Source of the DNA: a virus
Direction: 5' to 3' (one strand)
IMG/VR virus record: IMGVR_UViG_3300017646_000001
Location: 53,657-117,656 of that record
DNA length: 64,000 bases
Position numbers and translations under genes: made by a program. A model generated the notes under the pieces. It ran no database searches. It was not told the origin of the DNA and saw only the letters and a list, made by a program, of their open reading frames with translations. Shown here piece after piece: positions 1 to 10,056 of this stretch (its first letter is position 1; each line of letters opens with the position of its first letter).

Positions 1-1
1 G

Positions 2-607
2 ATCCATACCCTATGGGGCGATCCGATCTGGCACGAGTTCGATGCCACCAAAAAGATGGAACTGATCGACGCTGAGCGCTACGCCGTGAACTGGCAGGTG
101 CAGAGCACTGCTTCCAACCTTGCTGGTCTGGCTTTGGCTGAAACCGATGTGTTCCTCACGAGCGGTGGCTATAAGACCAAGGCTTTTGGTTTCACCCACG
201 ACTCGGAGGAATTTGATGCTCATTTGGACGAATTCTTCCTGATGCTGAACAAGGTACCGGAAATCTCGGAAAAATACCTGTTCGATCAGTTCAAGCTGCC
301 AGTTAAGCTGGACATGGAAATGGGCATTAACCTGGGATCGTTGGTGGAGATTGGTCGCGTTAAGGGCAACGACTCGTTCTTCAATGCGGATGGCCACGCT
401 CATCTGAACCTCAGTGGCGCAGTAGAAGATATGGAAGCGGCAATCTCTCGCTTGTCCAACCGTTATGATGTACAAGTGTTGGGCGGCAGTGAAAAGGAAA
501 AATACGACAGTTGGAGCACCGTGTTTTCCGCTAAGGGGTGTTTCTATAGCGGTATTGGTCAGACCTCCATTGTCGGCAAGCGCGAAATCCTTGTCGTTCA
601 GCGATAA
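2..607 (+). CDS. Family A DNA polymerase, C-terminal part (5'-truncated by window)
   Basis: Frame is open from position 2 (IHTLWGDPIW...); AERYAVNWQVQSTAS matches the PolA AER-A-N-P-I-Q-S-T-A region and FTHDS matches motif C (HD[E/S]); extra C-terminal extension. Confidence 0.75.
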   Translation: MHTLWGDPIWHEFDATKKMELIDAERYAVNWQVQSTASNLAGLALAETDVFLTSGGYKTKAFGFTHDSEEFDAHLDEFFLMLNKVPEISEKYLFDQFKLPVKLDMEMGINLGSLVEIGRVKGNDSFFNADGHAHLNLSGAVEDMEAAISRLSNRYDVQVLGGSEKEKYDSWSTVFSAKGCFYSGIGQTSIVGKREILVVQR

Positions 608-624
608 CACACAGCGAGAAATTC

Positions 625-1926
625 ATGACGGATAATCAGTACGTTGACTTTTACGACTTTTCGCAGCTGGTGCGAGACTTACGCGCTACAACCAAGGCCA
701 ACGAAAAGAAAGCCACCCTACAGCGGGTTAAAGAGGGCTCAGTGGCTTATAAGCTGTTGGGTATGACTTACAACCCGTTCTATACGTTCTACATGCAGAA
801 TGTGCCAGCTCCATCCGGTTCAAGCGAAGTTTTGATGGCAGAGCTGGCAGGCGTGATGGCGCTGGATCTTCTGGATTCGCTTAATCAGCGCAGCCTGTCG
901 GGCAACGCGGCCAAGAGTGCTGTGTCCAGGTTCCTGGGCATGATTCGCGAAGACAGCCGAGAAGCCTTCTGTCGTGTCTTGCAAAAAGACCTGAAGGCTG
1001 GGATCGGCGACAAGACCATCAATTCAGTCTTCAAAGACTACATTCCGATTTTCCCCGTTCAGCTTGCTGTAACGCTTAAGCCCGGCGTGATCGAGCAGCT
1101 GGTGTACCCAGTTATCGCCGAATATAAGTACGATGGCGAGCGCACCGTAGTCCGTACTCGCGACGGCGCAGTCGAATACCGTTCTCGCTCTGGTTTCATG
1201 CAAGAGCACTTGCTGGGTCAGTTTGACGAAGACGTACAAGCTCTGCGACTGCTGGTGGGTGAAGACATTGTGATCGACGCTGAAGTTATGTCGTCTTCCT
1301 TCCGCGCGCTGGCCAAAAGTCGAGGCGCTAATGCGGATAAAAGCGGTCTGACGTTGGTGGCGTTTGACATTATGCCAGCATCCAGTTGGGATCGGCGTGA
1401 ATCCAGCCCGCAAGCCCAACGTTCTCAGTTTCTCAGCCAGTTGATCTCCAACTCTCGGCTGCAGCGCGTCGTGCGGTCTGACATGCGGATCGTGAATAAT
1501 GCAGTTGAGCTGCAGGCGTACTACGATGAAGCCATTGGTCTAGGCCTGGAAGGCCTCATGATCAAGTCCATGCATGACGCCTACCAGTTCAAACGGGCCA
1601 ATAACTGGTGGAAGTGGAAGCCGGTTAATCCAATTGACCTGTGCTTCGAAGATTTCGTAGAAGGCCTGCCTGGTACCCGGTTTGTGGGATCGATGGGCGC
1701 GGCCGTGATGAGCGGGTACACTGACGACGGTCGGTTCGTGCGCACCAACGTCAACTCTGGGTTTCCGGATAGCCTGCGCCAAGAAATTTGGAATAATCGC
1801 GAAGCGTGGCGCGGCAAGTGCGGCGAAGTGTTGTACGACTGCTTGACTCAGAATGAGCAAGATGCCGAAGTCTGGAGTCTGCGTTTTCCGCGTTGGAGCA
1901 AGCTCCGGTCTGACAAGACGGCATGA
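625..1926 (+). CDS. ATP-dependent DNA ligase
   Basis: Motif I EYKYDGER, IDAE, FDI, EGLMIK, WWKWK, C-terminal SLRFPRW..LRSDK. Confidence 0.95.
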   Translation: MTDNQYVDFYDFSQLVRDLRATTKANEKKATLQRVKEGSVAYKLLGMTYNPFYTFYMQNVPAPSGSSEVLMAELAGVMALDLLDSLNQRSLSGNAAKSAVSRFLGMIREDSREAFCRVLQKDLKAGIGDKTINSVFKDYIPIFPVQLAVTLKPGVIEQLVYPVIAEYKYDGERTVVRTRDGAVEYRSRSGFMQEHLLGQFDEDVQALRLLVGEDIVIDAEVMSSSFRALAKSRGANADKSGLTLVAFDIMPASSWDRRESSPQAQRSQFLSQLISNSRLQRVVRSDMRIVNNAVELQAYYDEAIGLGLEGLMIKSMHDAYQFKRANNWWKWKPVNPIDLCFEDFVEGLPGTRFVGSMGAAVMSGYTDDGRFVRTNVNSGFPDSLRQEIWNNREAWRGKCGEVLYDCLTQNEQDAEVWSLRFPRWSKLRSDKTA

Positions 1927-1968
1927 TCACTATTTTCATTAGTGATAACCCAGCTCGTCGGAGATACC

Positions 1969-2454
1969 ATGGCTAGCGCAGCACCCAAAAAGACTACTGC
2001 TTCTAAACCCGTCGCTAAAAAGAAACCCATCAATTCCCGCGCTCGCGGTCTGAGAGGCGAGCGGGAGTTGAAAAACATGTTGATCGAGTCGTTCCCTGAG
2101 TATGCAGATAAGATACGACGGAACCAGGATCAAAGTGAGCGCGGCGGACATGATTTATTCGGGCTCCCAGGTTTTGCTCCCGAGTGCAAGAACGTCAACG
2201 ATGTGCGGTTTTTTATCGTCCCGTTCTGGAAACAAACTGTGGATCAGGCTGAGCGCGAAGATTGTATTCCTGTCCTTTTCAGGAAGCGCGATTTTCGTGG
2301 GTGGACGGTTTATATCCACCTTAAACATCTGTCTCCGGCTGTATTTGGCGAATCGCTGGTACGCGACGTATCGCTCGTGGCTCAAATCAGCTACGACGCT
2401 TTCGTTCTTTGGGCGCGTGAGTACATTCGACAACGCGCTTCTCTTTCCAATTAA
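1969..2454 (+). CDS. PD-(D/E)xK Holliday-junction resolvase-like nuclease
   Basis: NSRARGLRGEREL...GGHDL...ECKN pattern; GGAG RBS before ATG 1969. Confidence 0.75.
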   Translation: MASAAPKKTTASKPVAKKKPINSRARGLRGERELKNMLIESFPEYADKIRRNQDQSERGGHDLFGLPGFAPECKNVNDVRFFIVPFWKQTVDQAEREDCIPVLFRKRDFRGWTVYIHLKHLSPAVFGESLVRDVSLVAQISYDAFVLWAREYIRQRASLSN

Positions 2455-2481
2455 AACACACCACAGCAGGAATTATCTGGT

Positions 2482-3828
2482 ATGTCTACGCCCGTAGAGC
2501 GGTCGATTATTAGTTATTTGATGCACCCCGAAATCCGGGACATCACGATCGGGTACTTCGCTGATTACATGTTCCAAACCCCATACTTAGCCGCCATGTG
2601 CAACGTGCTGGGTCGGGAAGAATATCGTGGGCAAGTGCCTAACGTCAACAGCTTCGTACTCAATCTGCATCAAACGCAAGATTTAGACGAAGAAGGCCTG
2701 GAGTTCGCTGCTGCACTAGCAATTGAATTTACGCAGTCTCGCGACCGTGCACCAACTAAAACCGAAATCGAGTCTGCTATCAGCCAGATCGAGTCGTTCA
2801 TTCGGGACCGAATGATCGATTACGGCATGGAGAAAATCGCTACGGCCGGTTCTAGTTCTTCCCAGGCGCACGCCGGTCGAGAAGTGCTGTCTCAGGCGCT
2901 CAACTTCGCGATTTCCACCGATCTGTTCTACGACTTTTCAGACCCACAGATGATCTTGGAGGCCCGCAATGCGGACTTCCCAGCCGGCGGCGTTGTAATC
3001 AAGAGCCATTTCTCGCTGGTGAACAAAAGCTCGTCTATTAAGGGCTACAAGTATGGCGACTTGGTTGCCGTAGTGGCTAAGCCTGGCGTGGGCAAGTCCA
3101 CTGGCATGGTGGACGAAGGCGCATACGCCATTCAACAGGGGTTCCGCGTCTGCCACCTGTTCTTGGGCGATATGTCCGAATACGACGGCTTCGTCAAGTA
3201 CATGTCGTATTGGACCGGTGCGAGCAGCGATGAGCTGATTAACGAGGGGCACGACGCGCACTGGAGCCCCGAAGTTGCTGATAACTTCAGTCGTCTGCGT
3301 GTTAAAGCCCTGCCTGCCGACCAGTATGACATTTATCAGATCATTGCCAAGCTGAATCAAATTCGGCGTTCCTTCAAGTTTGATATGGTGATCATCGACT
3401 ACGACGCCAATATCAAAAGCCAAAACTCGGACAACATGTACGGTGAAGGCGGTAATATTTACGCCAACCTTAAAAGCTACGGCAAGGGCAAGTGCGTAGT
3501 TATGATTGGTTCCCAAGCTAAAACCGTATATTGGGACCTCGAAATCTTGCCCATGGATGCGCCGGCCGAAAGCTCGAAGAAGGGTCACCACGTCGATATC
3601 ATGCTCACCATCGGCCGCAATAAAGTGTGCCCGCACTTGGGCACGATCAATATCGCCAAAATGCGGCGCGGCCAGGCCGAGCGACAGATGCGACTACATT
3701 TTGACTATGCCAAGTGTCGTATGCGCGAAATCGGCCCGTTAAAGTACGATGAAATGCTGATTGCGCACAAGACTAAGTCAGCCCAGTCCGAAGCGGCTGG
3801 CATATACGACGAACCTTCTGACGAATAA
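2482..3828 (+). CDS. DnaB/T4 gp41-like replicative helicase
   Basis: Walker A AKPGVGKS, Walker B VIIDYD, SQ motif, AESSKK, KMRRG. Confidence 0.85.
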   Translation: MSTPVERSIISYLMHPEIRDITIGYFADYMFQTPYLAAMCNVLGREEYRGQVPNVNSFVLNLHQTQDLDEEGLEFAAALAIEFTQSRDRAPTKTEIESAISQIESFIRDRMIDYGMEKIATAGSSSSQAHAGREVLSQALNFAISTDLFYDFSDPQMILEARNADFPAGGVVIKSHFSLVNKSSSIKGYKYGDLVAVVAKPGVGKSTGMVDEGAYAIQQGFRVCHLFLGDMSEYDGFVKYMSYWTGASSDELINEGHDAHWSPEVADNFSRLRVKALPADQYDIYQIIAKLNQIRRSFKFDMVIIDYDANIKSQNSDNMYGEGGNIYANLKSYGKGKCVVMIGSQAKTVYWDLEILPMDAPAESSKKGHHVDIMLTIGRNKVCPHLGTINIAKMRRGQAERQMRLHFDYAKCRMREIGPLKYDEMLIAHKTKSAQSEAAGIYDEPSDE

Positions 3829-3909
3829 TTCCGTTGTATGACGAATTGTCCATATAATGGTTTCAATGAACTTAAATTTTAACGAATCGTATCGAGTTGT
3901 AACAAATAG

Positions 3910-3939
3910 TTGCGTCTTTTTTTAAATTCGTGTTATAAT
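3910..3939 (+). promoter_or_regulatory. sigma70-like promoter
   Basis: TTGCGT-18 nt-TATAAT in an AT-rich intergenic gap; second TATAAT at 3853. Confidence 0.5.
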
Positions 3940-3950
3940 GTAAAAAGGAC

Positions 3951-4250
3951 GTGCTGTCCTTTGCTCTGGATGATTTTATGAATATGCACTCCATTATCGC
4001 CCGCACATGCGACGTCCCAGAGGAGGTGGTGCAGCAAGTCCTGCTGGCCCAGACTCAGTACGCCGCTGTGCATGCCGTGTTCAGCGGGCCGGTACAAACC
4101 CCGTTTGGCAAGATTGCCTTTACTGACGGGAAGCTGTCCATCATCGAGCAGAACCCCGAGTTCTTGTGTCTCACGCAATCCAAGTTCGATCAGGTGGAAT
4201 TTATGGAGCGCATGGGGCAAATTTTGCTCTCTAACCGATCGGAGAGCTAG
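3951..4250 (+). CDS. Hypothetical protein
   Basis: ORF after promoter with AGGA RBS, abuts next gene. Confidence 0.55.
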   Translation: MLSFALDDFMNMHSIIARTCDVPEEVVQQVLLAQTQYAAVHAVFSGPVQTPFGKIAFTDGKLSIIEQNPEFLCLTQSKFDQVEFMERMGQILLSNRSES

Positions 4251-4251
4251 C

Positions 4252-4953
4252 ATGACAGCCGAGCTCCCAGTCAAAAAGCCGGCTAGAAAGCCTTCAGAAA
4301 ACAAGCCACATGAAAACCGAATACGCGAACTGTGTATTCAGCTCAAGACCGAAACTCGCCCCGCGCACCGGTCTGCCATCGAGCGCGAAATTTATAAAAA
4401 CCTGCATATTCTAACCAAGAATATTGCCATCAAAAAGTACGGTAAGGGCAGCCGCATCGATATCGACGATATCGTGCACTCTGTGGCCACTTCCGCCATC
4501 ATGACCGTGGTGTTGCGCGACAAGGAAGTCCATTCCTGGGTGCATCTAATCCGCAAAATGACCTTCGACTGGGCCAATAAGTGGATGAAGACCAACTTGT
4601 ATGGGCGCGATAAGGATAATGTGTCCTTCTCCGAGCCAGGCGAAGATGGAGAAGACGACGATCGTGGGTTCGGGTTCTATTACCACGATATGGATACCCG
4701 CGTCACCAGTTCTTATCTGTCGTACGTGCGCGGCCAGGTGCGTAAACTGGCCGATCAAATAAATGAACTGCAGGGCCCACGCGGTAGTATTATCAGCCAT
4801 CTAGCCCTACACCACGTGCTGTACGGCGACCACCCGCTCATGATTCTTTTGCCGGTTGCTCAGCGCAACCGAGTGCGGTTTTACTCGTATCAATTCCGGC
4901 AGATTATTTCGCCCGTTCTTAATCACAATCATTTCGCCAAGGAATTCCTATGA
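4252..4953 (+). CDS. Putative phage sigma-factor-like protein
   Basis: Helical protein with region-2-like IDIDDIVHS...SWVHLIRK; lies just upstream of packaging genes; weak match. Confidence 0.4.
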   Translation: MTAELPVKKPARKPSENKPHENRIRELCIQLKTETRPAHRSAIEREIYKNLHILTKNIAIKKYGKGSRIDIDDIVHSVATSAIMTVVLRDKEVHSWVHLIRKMTFDWANKWMKTNLYGRDKDNVSFSEPGEDGEDDDRGFGFYYHDMDTRVTSSYLSYVRGQVRKLADQINELQGPRGSIISHLALHHVLYGDHPLMILLPVAQRNRVRFYSYQFRQIISPVLNHNHFAKEFL

Positions 4954-5336
4954 GCTTCAAACCGCACCTACCCGCAGACTTGCACGAGCGAGCAGAATTT
5001 TTTGCCACCGCTCTCTCCGTGTTCCTCAGTCGCAACGACAAGGCCATCCTGCCTGAAGTATTGTACTTCCTCAACCCGGATCAAGTGCTTACCCTGATCA
5101 ATACTTTCGGTGGTACCTCGGTCAAAATACCGACCATGAAAGAATTCGGAGAAGACCTGATCACCACCTTGGTCATCTTTTACCACGAAGTACGCGGCAT
5201 GTCATACGACGAAATTCAACGTCGACTGGATATTCCTCAGGCGCGTTGGGAAGCCGTCATGCGCAAAACCGAGGTATGGAAAGAATTCGTCAAAGACGAA
5301 CTGGTGTTGAACCGCGACCGGATGAAAGCAGCATGA
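4950..5336 (+). CDS. Mor/C-like transcription regulator with HTH
   Basis: LINTFGGTSVKIP motif followed by GMSYDEIQRRLDI helix-turn-helix. Confidence 0.55.
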   Translation: MSFKPHLPADLHERAEFFATALSVFLSRNDKAILPEVLYFLNPDQVLTLINTFGGTSVKIPTMKEFGEDLITTLVIFYHEVRGMSYDEIQRRLDIPQARWEAVMRKTEVWKEFVKDELVLNRDRMKAA

Positions 5337-5830
5337 GCGATCCTATCCAATACCACGATACTGAAAAAGAAGCTATGATGCTGGCCGTGGAGGGTACGTC
5401 TCACCGACTACCCGATCTTGCCGCGCTGGCTCAGTCCTTCTTACATCGCCGCATGGCTAACGCCAACACTATGGAGCGCGCCAAGCTACAGGCGTTAAAC
5501 CTGTTGCTCGATAAGATGGAGAACGAACCCGATAAAATCTCGGCCACCAAGCTGCTGGAGATTATCGAAACTATTTCCACTCATACCGGCTCCGATCTCA
5601 AAACCATCATGGACACCCAGGTTGCCCTAGCCAATGCGGGGGGTAAGTCTGGCTCAAATCAGCCGGCTCCAGGTTTAATGACTGGCCTGTTCGGTGGAGG
5701 ACAATCTACGCCAGCTCAACCCGTGCACCCTGTTAGCCGAGAAACCTACAAGCTGTTGGATGGCTTAAATCAGGTGGCTGAAAACGTGGTGGCCCGAGCG
5801 CAGAGTGGCGTTGTAGAAGCTGGCACGTAA
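5333..5830 (+). CDS. Putative terminase small subunit
   Basis: Helical 165-aa ORF immediately before large terminase; ATGA overlap; positional inference. Confidence 0.45.
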   Translation: MSDPIQYHDTEKEAMMLAVEGTSHRLPDLAALAQSFLHRRMANANTMERAKLQALNLLLDKMENEPDKISATKLLEIIETISTHTGSDLKTIMDTQVALANAGGKSGSNQPAPGLMTGLFGGGQSTPAQPVHPVSRETYKLLDGLNQVAENVVARAQSGVVEAGT

Positions 5831-5840
5831 AGTCGTACTT

Positions 5841-7778
5841 ATGATCCTCAACGAGTTACAACAGGAACAGCATAAAGCCGCCATGGAGCGGCTTTACAAT
5901 TCTCCTGAGTACCGAGAACTAGAGCGCCAAATCTCGGTTAACAACCCGCGCATTCAAAATCTTAAGCCGGCGGTCCGGCTTACTGCCATATATTTGCTCA
6001 AGTATGGCGGTGAGTTCATGGTGGATGATCTATGGCGGCTGTTTTATAAGCGTCGTCCTCCTACTATCGAGGAATACCTGTCGCCTAAGGTGCTGCCCGA
6101 AACAAACCAAATCTTGTACCCCAAGTGGCGGCAAGAGGCCCATGAGATTTTTGCTACGGGTTCTACCTTCTTTGAGGTTGTCATCGGAGGGGCCATTGGA
6201 GGCGGCAAATCGACATTTGCCACCATTTTGCATTTGTACAACCTGATTCGTGTAGCCCTATTACTCAATCCACACGCCACTCTGGGTTCGGCTCCAAACA
6301 AGACGTTAATTTTATCGCTCTTTACGATTACTCTGCCAAAAGCGCGTAAAGCGTTGGTAGAGCCATTCCTTGCACTAATGAAGGAATGTGAGGAATACTT
6401 CGAGTATGTTGAGGACCGCCGCGAATGCAAGGCCGGCTTTCCCTCGTTTGCTAACTCGGACAAAATTCCTTTTTACGACAACAATACCGAAATTATCCTG
6501 CCTAAGTCGGTCAACGTGATGCTGGGTTCCCAGACCACGCACGCGTTGTCGTTTGATATGTTTGGGGCTTTCCTGGACGAGGCCGAATTTCGAGGCGATG
6601 CAGGCGGGGCTGAAAAAGCCATGGAAGTGTGGAACTCGTTGCGCACTCGCGTAACGTCTCGCTTCTTGGATTCCCGTTTTACGTTCGTATCACTCGTATC
6701 GTCTGCGCGATACGCGACCGGGGTGATGGCGACTTATACCAAGTCCATCTCACCCGACTCTAAGGTTTCCAAATACTTGTCGTATCCCATTTGGGAAATC
6801 AAGAGTTTCGATTCCTACAAACAGGGCCATTTCTATATCCTGCGTGGTAATTCGGCTAACCCTAGCCGCATGCTAGAGGTAGAGCATGACAGCATCGAAG
6901 CTGGACAGTATGTGGTTCCAGAAGGATGCGAGGTAGTCAAGGTACCTAAGGTTTACTACCGCGAGTTCAAGTTCGACTTAGAGAACTCTATTCGCGACCT
7001 AGCAGGGATGCAAACGCTTAATGCGGACTTCCCGTTCCAGAAAACCTCGCATATTGAAGCCCCATTCCTGACTCCTGAATTTGTGATTCAGGCTCCGTTG
7101 GGCGAAGGTATCCCACTCATTAACAAGCTACCGGAGCAGCTGTTCACTGAAACCCCCTCCGGGTTGCGTTTGGCGCGATACGGGTCGGTATACCGATATG
7201 CCCACGTGGACTTAGCCGAAGCTAACGTGGCGGGCTTGACTATATCGCACAAAGAAAGCTATAAAGGGCGCACGGTCTACGTAGTGGACCTTACATGCGA
7301 AATTAAGTCGCCTACTCGTATTGACATCAACGCGATTGAACAGCTATTAATCGACTTGCACCATCAACGCGGAGTGTTATTTCATACCATTACCGCTGAC
7401 CAGTACCAGTCTACTGCCATGAGACAGCGGCTGGAAGTCCTAGGTGTAGCGCAGAAGGTAGAGCTGCTGTCGGTTGATAAGACTCTGGTTCCCATAGGCG
7501 ACGTAGCGCGCCTTGTGATAGAAGACCGCCTGAAAATAGGCCCGTGTCCACATTTACGCGAGCAGATGGAACAGCTGCGCGTAGACCCCGCCGCGTCGGC
7601 TAAAAAGGTAATACGTGGCCCCGCTGGTAAGGACCAATTTGACTCCATGGTAGGGTCTATTACTAACGCTATCGCGAACATCGAAGACGTGCCTAGCGTG
7701 GAATATGAAGAGCTAAGCACAGACGAAAAATTATCTGCACGCTTAGAGTCTGTGTTTGACGGGTTAAACCTGATTTGA
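5841..7778 (+). CDS. terL: Terminase large subunit
   Basis: Walker A GAIGGGKST, Walker B AFLDEAEF, VSSA, nuclease acidic motifs HVDLA, DQYQS, KDQFDS. Confidence 0.9.
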   Translation: MILNELQQEQHKAAMERLYNSPEYRELERQISVNNPRIQNLKPAVRLTAIYLLKYGGEFMVDDLWRLFYKRRPPTIEEYLSPKVLPETNQILYPKWRQEAHEIFATGSTFFEVVIGGAIGGGKSTFATILHLYNLIRVALLLNPHATLGSAPNKTLILSLFTITLPKARKALVEPFLALMKECEEYFEYVEDRRECKAGFPSFANSDKIPFYDNNTEIILPKSVNVMLGSQTTHALSFDMFGAFLDEAEFRGDAGGAEKAMEVWNSLRTRVTSRFLDSRFTFVSLVSSARYATGVMATYTKSISPDSKVSKYLSYPIWEIKSFDSYKQGHFYILRGNSANPSRMLEVEHDSIEAGQYVVPEGCEVVKVPKVYYREFKFDLENSIRDLAGMQTLNADFPFQKTSHIEAPFLTPEFVIQAPLGEGIPLINKLPEQLFTETPSGLRLARYGSVYRYAHVDLAEANVAGLTISHKESYKGRTVYVVDLTCEIKSPTRIDINAIEQLLIDLHHQRGVLFHTITADQYQSTAMRQRLEVLGVAQKVELLSVDKTLVPIGDVARLVIEDRLKIGPCPHLREQMEQLRVDPAASAKKVIRGPAGKDQFDSMVGSITNAIANIEDVPSVEYEELSTDEKLSARLESVFDGLNLI

Positions 7779-7820
7779 CGACCGTTATATAATTTTGGTC
7801 CAATTTCATAGGGATACACC

Positions 7821-8096
7821 ATGGCTCATTCGGCTCAGCGCGTACAGTACACCAAGGAAGACGGCTCCAGTACCGAGCGCGTCCTCATTCTCGATTCCAA
7901 CGATACCGTTCTCGCCCTCGACGTGACCGATCTGACCGAAGAGCAGCGCCGTATCGTTGAGGAAGAAAACGCCAAGCACCAAGAATCCATCAAGGAGGCA
8001 ATCAAGGCGCTGCGCTCCATGAAGGATCGACTGGCTCCTTACGGTATCGAACCCAAGTGGCGCTCATTCAAGCGCTCGGGGCTGAAGAGCCTGTAA
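7821..8096 (+). CDS. Hypothetical protein
   Basis: RBS and upstream TATAAT; typical codon usage. Confidence 0.65.
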   Translation: MAHSAQRVQYTKEDGSSTERVLILDSNDTVLALDVTDLTEEQRRIVEEENAKHQESIKEAIKALRSMKDRLAPYGIEPKWRSFKRSGLKSL

Positions 8097-8101
8097 CCGC
8101 C

Positions 8102-8437
8102 ATGGGCGTTCAAACGCACGAGTGTCCCTTGGCGGGCATTCAACATCACGACGTCGACTCGGTACGGGAACAGCTGCGTGAACTCGCTCCGCTGCAGCTG
8201 CGCCCTGAGCCCGAGAACGAGTACGATCCCAACGCTGTGGGAGTGTACTACGAGGGCCACAAGCTGGGGTTTGTCGCTAAAACCGTAGCCGCCCGCATCA
8301 GTGCTCTGCTTCGGGGTGGCGCGCCCTACTCAGCCGTGATCAGTCAAATTGATTGGTCGGCTCAACCCTATCATCAAGTCCATATGGTCGTCGCCGTTCG
8401 TACCCCGGACGTAGAAGGCGAAGGAGTCACTGAATGA
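8102..8437 (+). CDS. HIRAN-domain protein
   Basis: LRPEPENEYDPNAVGVY...KLGFV is the HIRAN signature. Confidence 0.85.
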   Translation: MGVQTHECPLAGIQHHDVDSVREQLRELAPLQLRPEPENEYDPNAVGVYYEGHKLGFVAKTVAARISALLRGGAPYSAVISQIDWSAQPYHQVHMVVAVRTPDVEGEGVTE

Positions 8438-8745
8438 CCAGAGCCGCTGAATACGCTATTCGAAATCTGTTTAGCCAGATACCCGTGTCGAACTTCATGG
8501 TGTCCAACCGGGATTCGGCCGAAGCCGTGCGTCAGATGCTGTGCGACCGGGTGGTAGCTGAACTGCCGCCTGAAAACCCTGCTCCGCCGCGCAGCGTTTG
8601 GCGTGATCCCATCACCGATGCACCCAAGGACGGCGAACGCGTCCTGGTTAAAACCAACACCGGCAACGTTATGATGGTGAACTGGTATGGTCCCAGTATC
8701 ATCCACCGTGCTGGCATCATCGCATGGTGTTACGAACCAGCATGA
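8434..8745 (+). CDS. Hypothetical protein (DUF551-like C-terminus)
   Basis: W..PITDAPKDGERVLV...AW motif common in phage proteins. Confidence 0.6.
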   Translation: MTRAAEYAIRNLFSQIPVSNFMVSNRDSAEAVRQMLCDRVVAELPPENPAPPRSVWRDPITDAPKDGERVLVKTNTGNVMMVNWYGPSIIHRAGIIAWCYEPA

Positions 8746-9995
8746 GCATATACCACCCCCTCACTTGGAGAAATCAGTTGGGTACCAAAGACAAGAAGCA
8801 AGGCCTGTTCCACATCTTACTGGACGGTGGGCATGGATCGAGCGGGAAGGGAGCGGCTGTGTGCCGTCTTGCCGAACTGCTGAAAGTGCAGAACTCGTCG
8901 GCCAACCACTCAGCCAACGCGGGACACACCATGGTACGCCCGGATGGCGAAGCCTACGTGTTTAAGGCGCTGCCTTCGGCCGCTGCTCTGGGCTGGATGG
9001 GTTCGGAAGTGCGACCGCGACTCTGGGTGGGCCCCAACTCGGGATTCGAAGAAGCCCAGTTCCTGAAAGAAATCCGGGACATGAAGCTGCGCATGAGCGA
9101 CGTATTCGTCCATCACCGCGCCGCTCTCGTTCAAGACCACCACAAGCAGCTGGAAGGTCCGGGCGGCGCGCTGAGTACGCTGCACATTTCGTCCACCATG
9201 TCCGGTGCAGGTGCGACTTATGCGTCCAAAGCGATGCGCCAGCTCGACACTCTGTATGCAGGCGAAGTGGATTCGATCAAGGGTGTGGCTACCGTTGGCC
9301 GACCCGACTCCTTCTGGCGCGCCATTCAGTCGCGTTTGCAGAGCGGCGAAAGCTTCCTGCACGAGGTAGCCCAGGGCTTCGCTCTCTCGCTCGACTACGG
9401 CAACCACGACCGCCACGGTACGTTCCGCAACTGCACCGCGCAGCAGGGCGCGGCCGACATGGGTATCTTGCCGCATCAAATCGGCAACGTCTACCTCAAC
9501 CTGCGTACTTACCCGATCCGTGTCGGCAACAACTTCGACGCCGATGGCAACCGCGTTGGCTATTCGGGCGACTGGGAAGCCGACCAGCAAGAGCTGGACT
9601 GGGAAACGATCGGCCGCGCGGCCGGTATGCCGGAAGAAGAAATCCAGGCCCTCTTCTACAAGGAAAAGACTACCGTCACCAAGAAGCTGCGCCGCGTGGC
9701 TTCGTTCACCATGACCGGTACCAAGTTCGCCGCCGCGTTCAATGGGGCGACGCACCTGATCCTGAACTTCACATCCTACGTGGACTGGGCCTCGACCGAC
9801 GTTAGCGGGGGTCGATCGGCCTACCAGGGCCTGTCGCGCCGCTTGCGCAAGTTCGTCGAAGATATCGAGGATGGCGTGGGCCTGCCCGTGGTGATGCTCG
9901 GTACGGGTGCGAAGCACGACTCGTTTATCTTGCCTTACGGTGATATCAACGTAGGTTCTCCCGCGTTGAGCCGCCAACCGAAACAGGCCGCGTAA
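8742..9995 (+). CDS. purZ: PurZ-like adenylosuccinate-synthetase homologue (2-aminoadenine pathway)
   Basis: PurA fold motifs GHGSSGKG (Ser at the PurA catalytic Asp position), NAGHT, EVAQG, RTYPIRV, TTVTKKLRRV and LNF in place of PurA TKLD. Confidence 0.8.
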   Translation: MSIYHPLTWRNQLGTKDKKQGLFHILLDGGHGSSGKGAAVCRLAELLKVQNSSANHSANAGHTMVRPDGEAYVFKALPSAAALGWMGSEVRPRLWVGPNSGFEEAQFLKEIRDMKLRMSDVFVHHRAALVQDHHKQLEGPGGALSTLHISSTMSGAGATYASKAMRQLDTLYAGEVDSIKGVATVGRPDSFWRAIQSRLQSGESFLHEVAQGFALSLDYGNHDRHGTFRNCTAQQGAADMGILPHQIGNVYLNLRTYPIRVGNNFDADGNRVGYSGDWEADQQELDWETIGRAAGMPEEEIQALFYKEKTTVTKKLRRVASFTMTGTKFAAAFNGATHLILNFTSYVDWASTDVSGGRSAYQGLSRRLRKFVEDIEDGVGLPVVMLGTGAKHDSFILPYGDINVGSPALSRQPKQAA

Positions 9996-10056
9996 CCGGC
10001 AGCGCGTTCCACCTAGCCCGGCTTCGGCCGGGCAAAATATCTCGGAATCCATTGAG

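Noticed and set aside
8742-9995. Ordinary PurA (AMP synthesis auxiliary gene)
   Set aside because: Lacks the GDEGKG Asp and the TKLD motif, and is coupled to MazG-like and HD hydrolases, which fits PurZ better.
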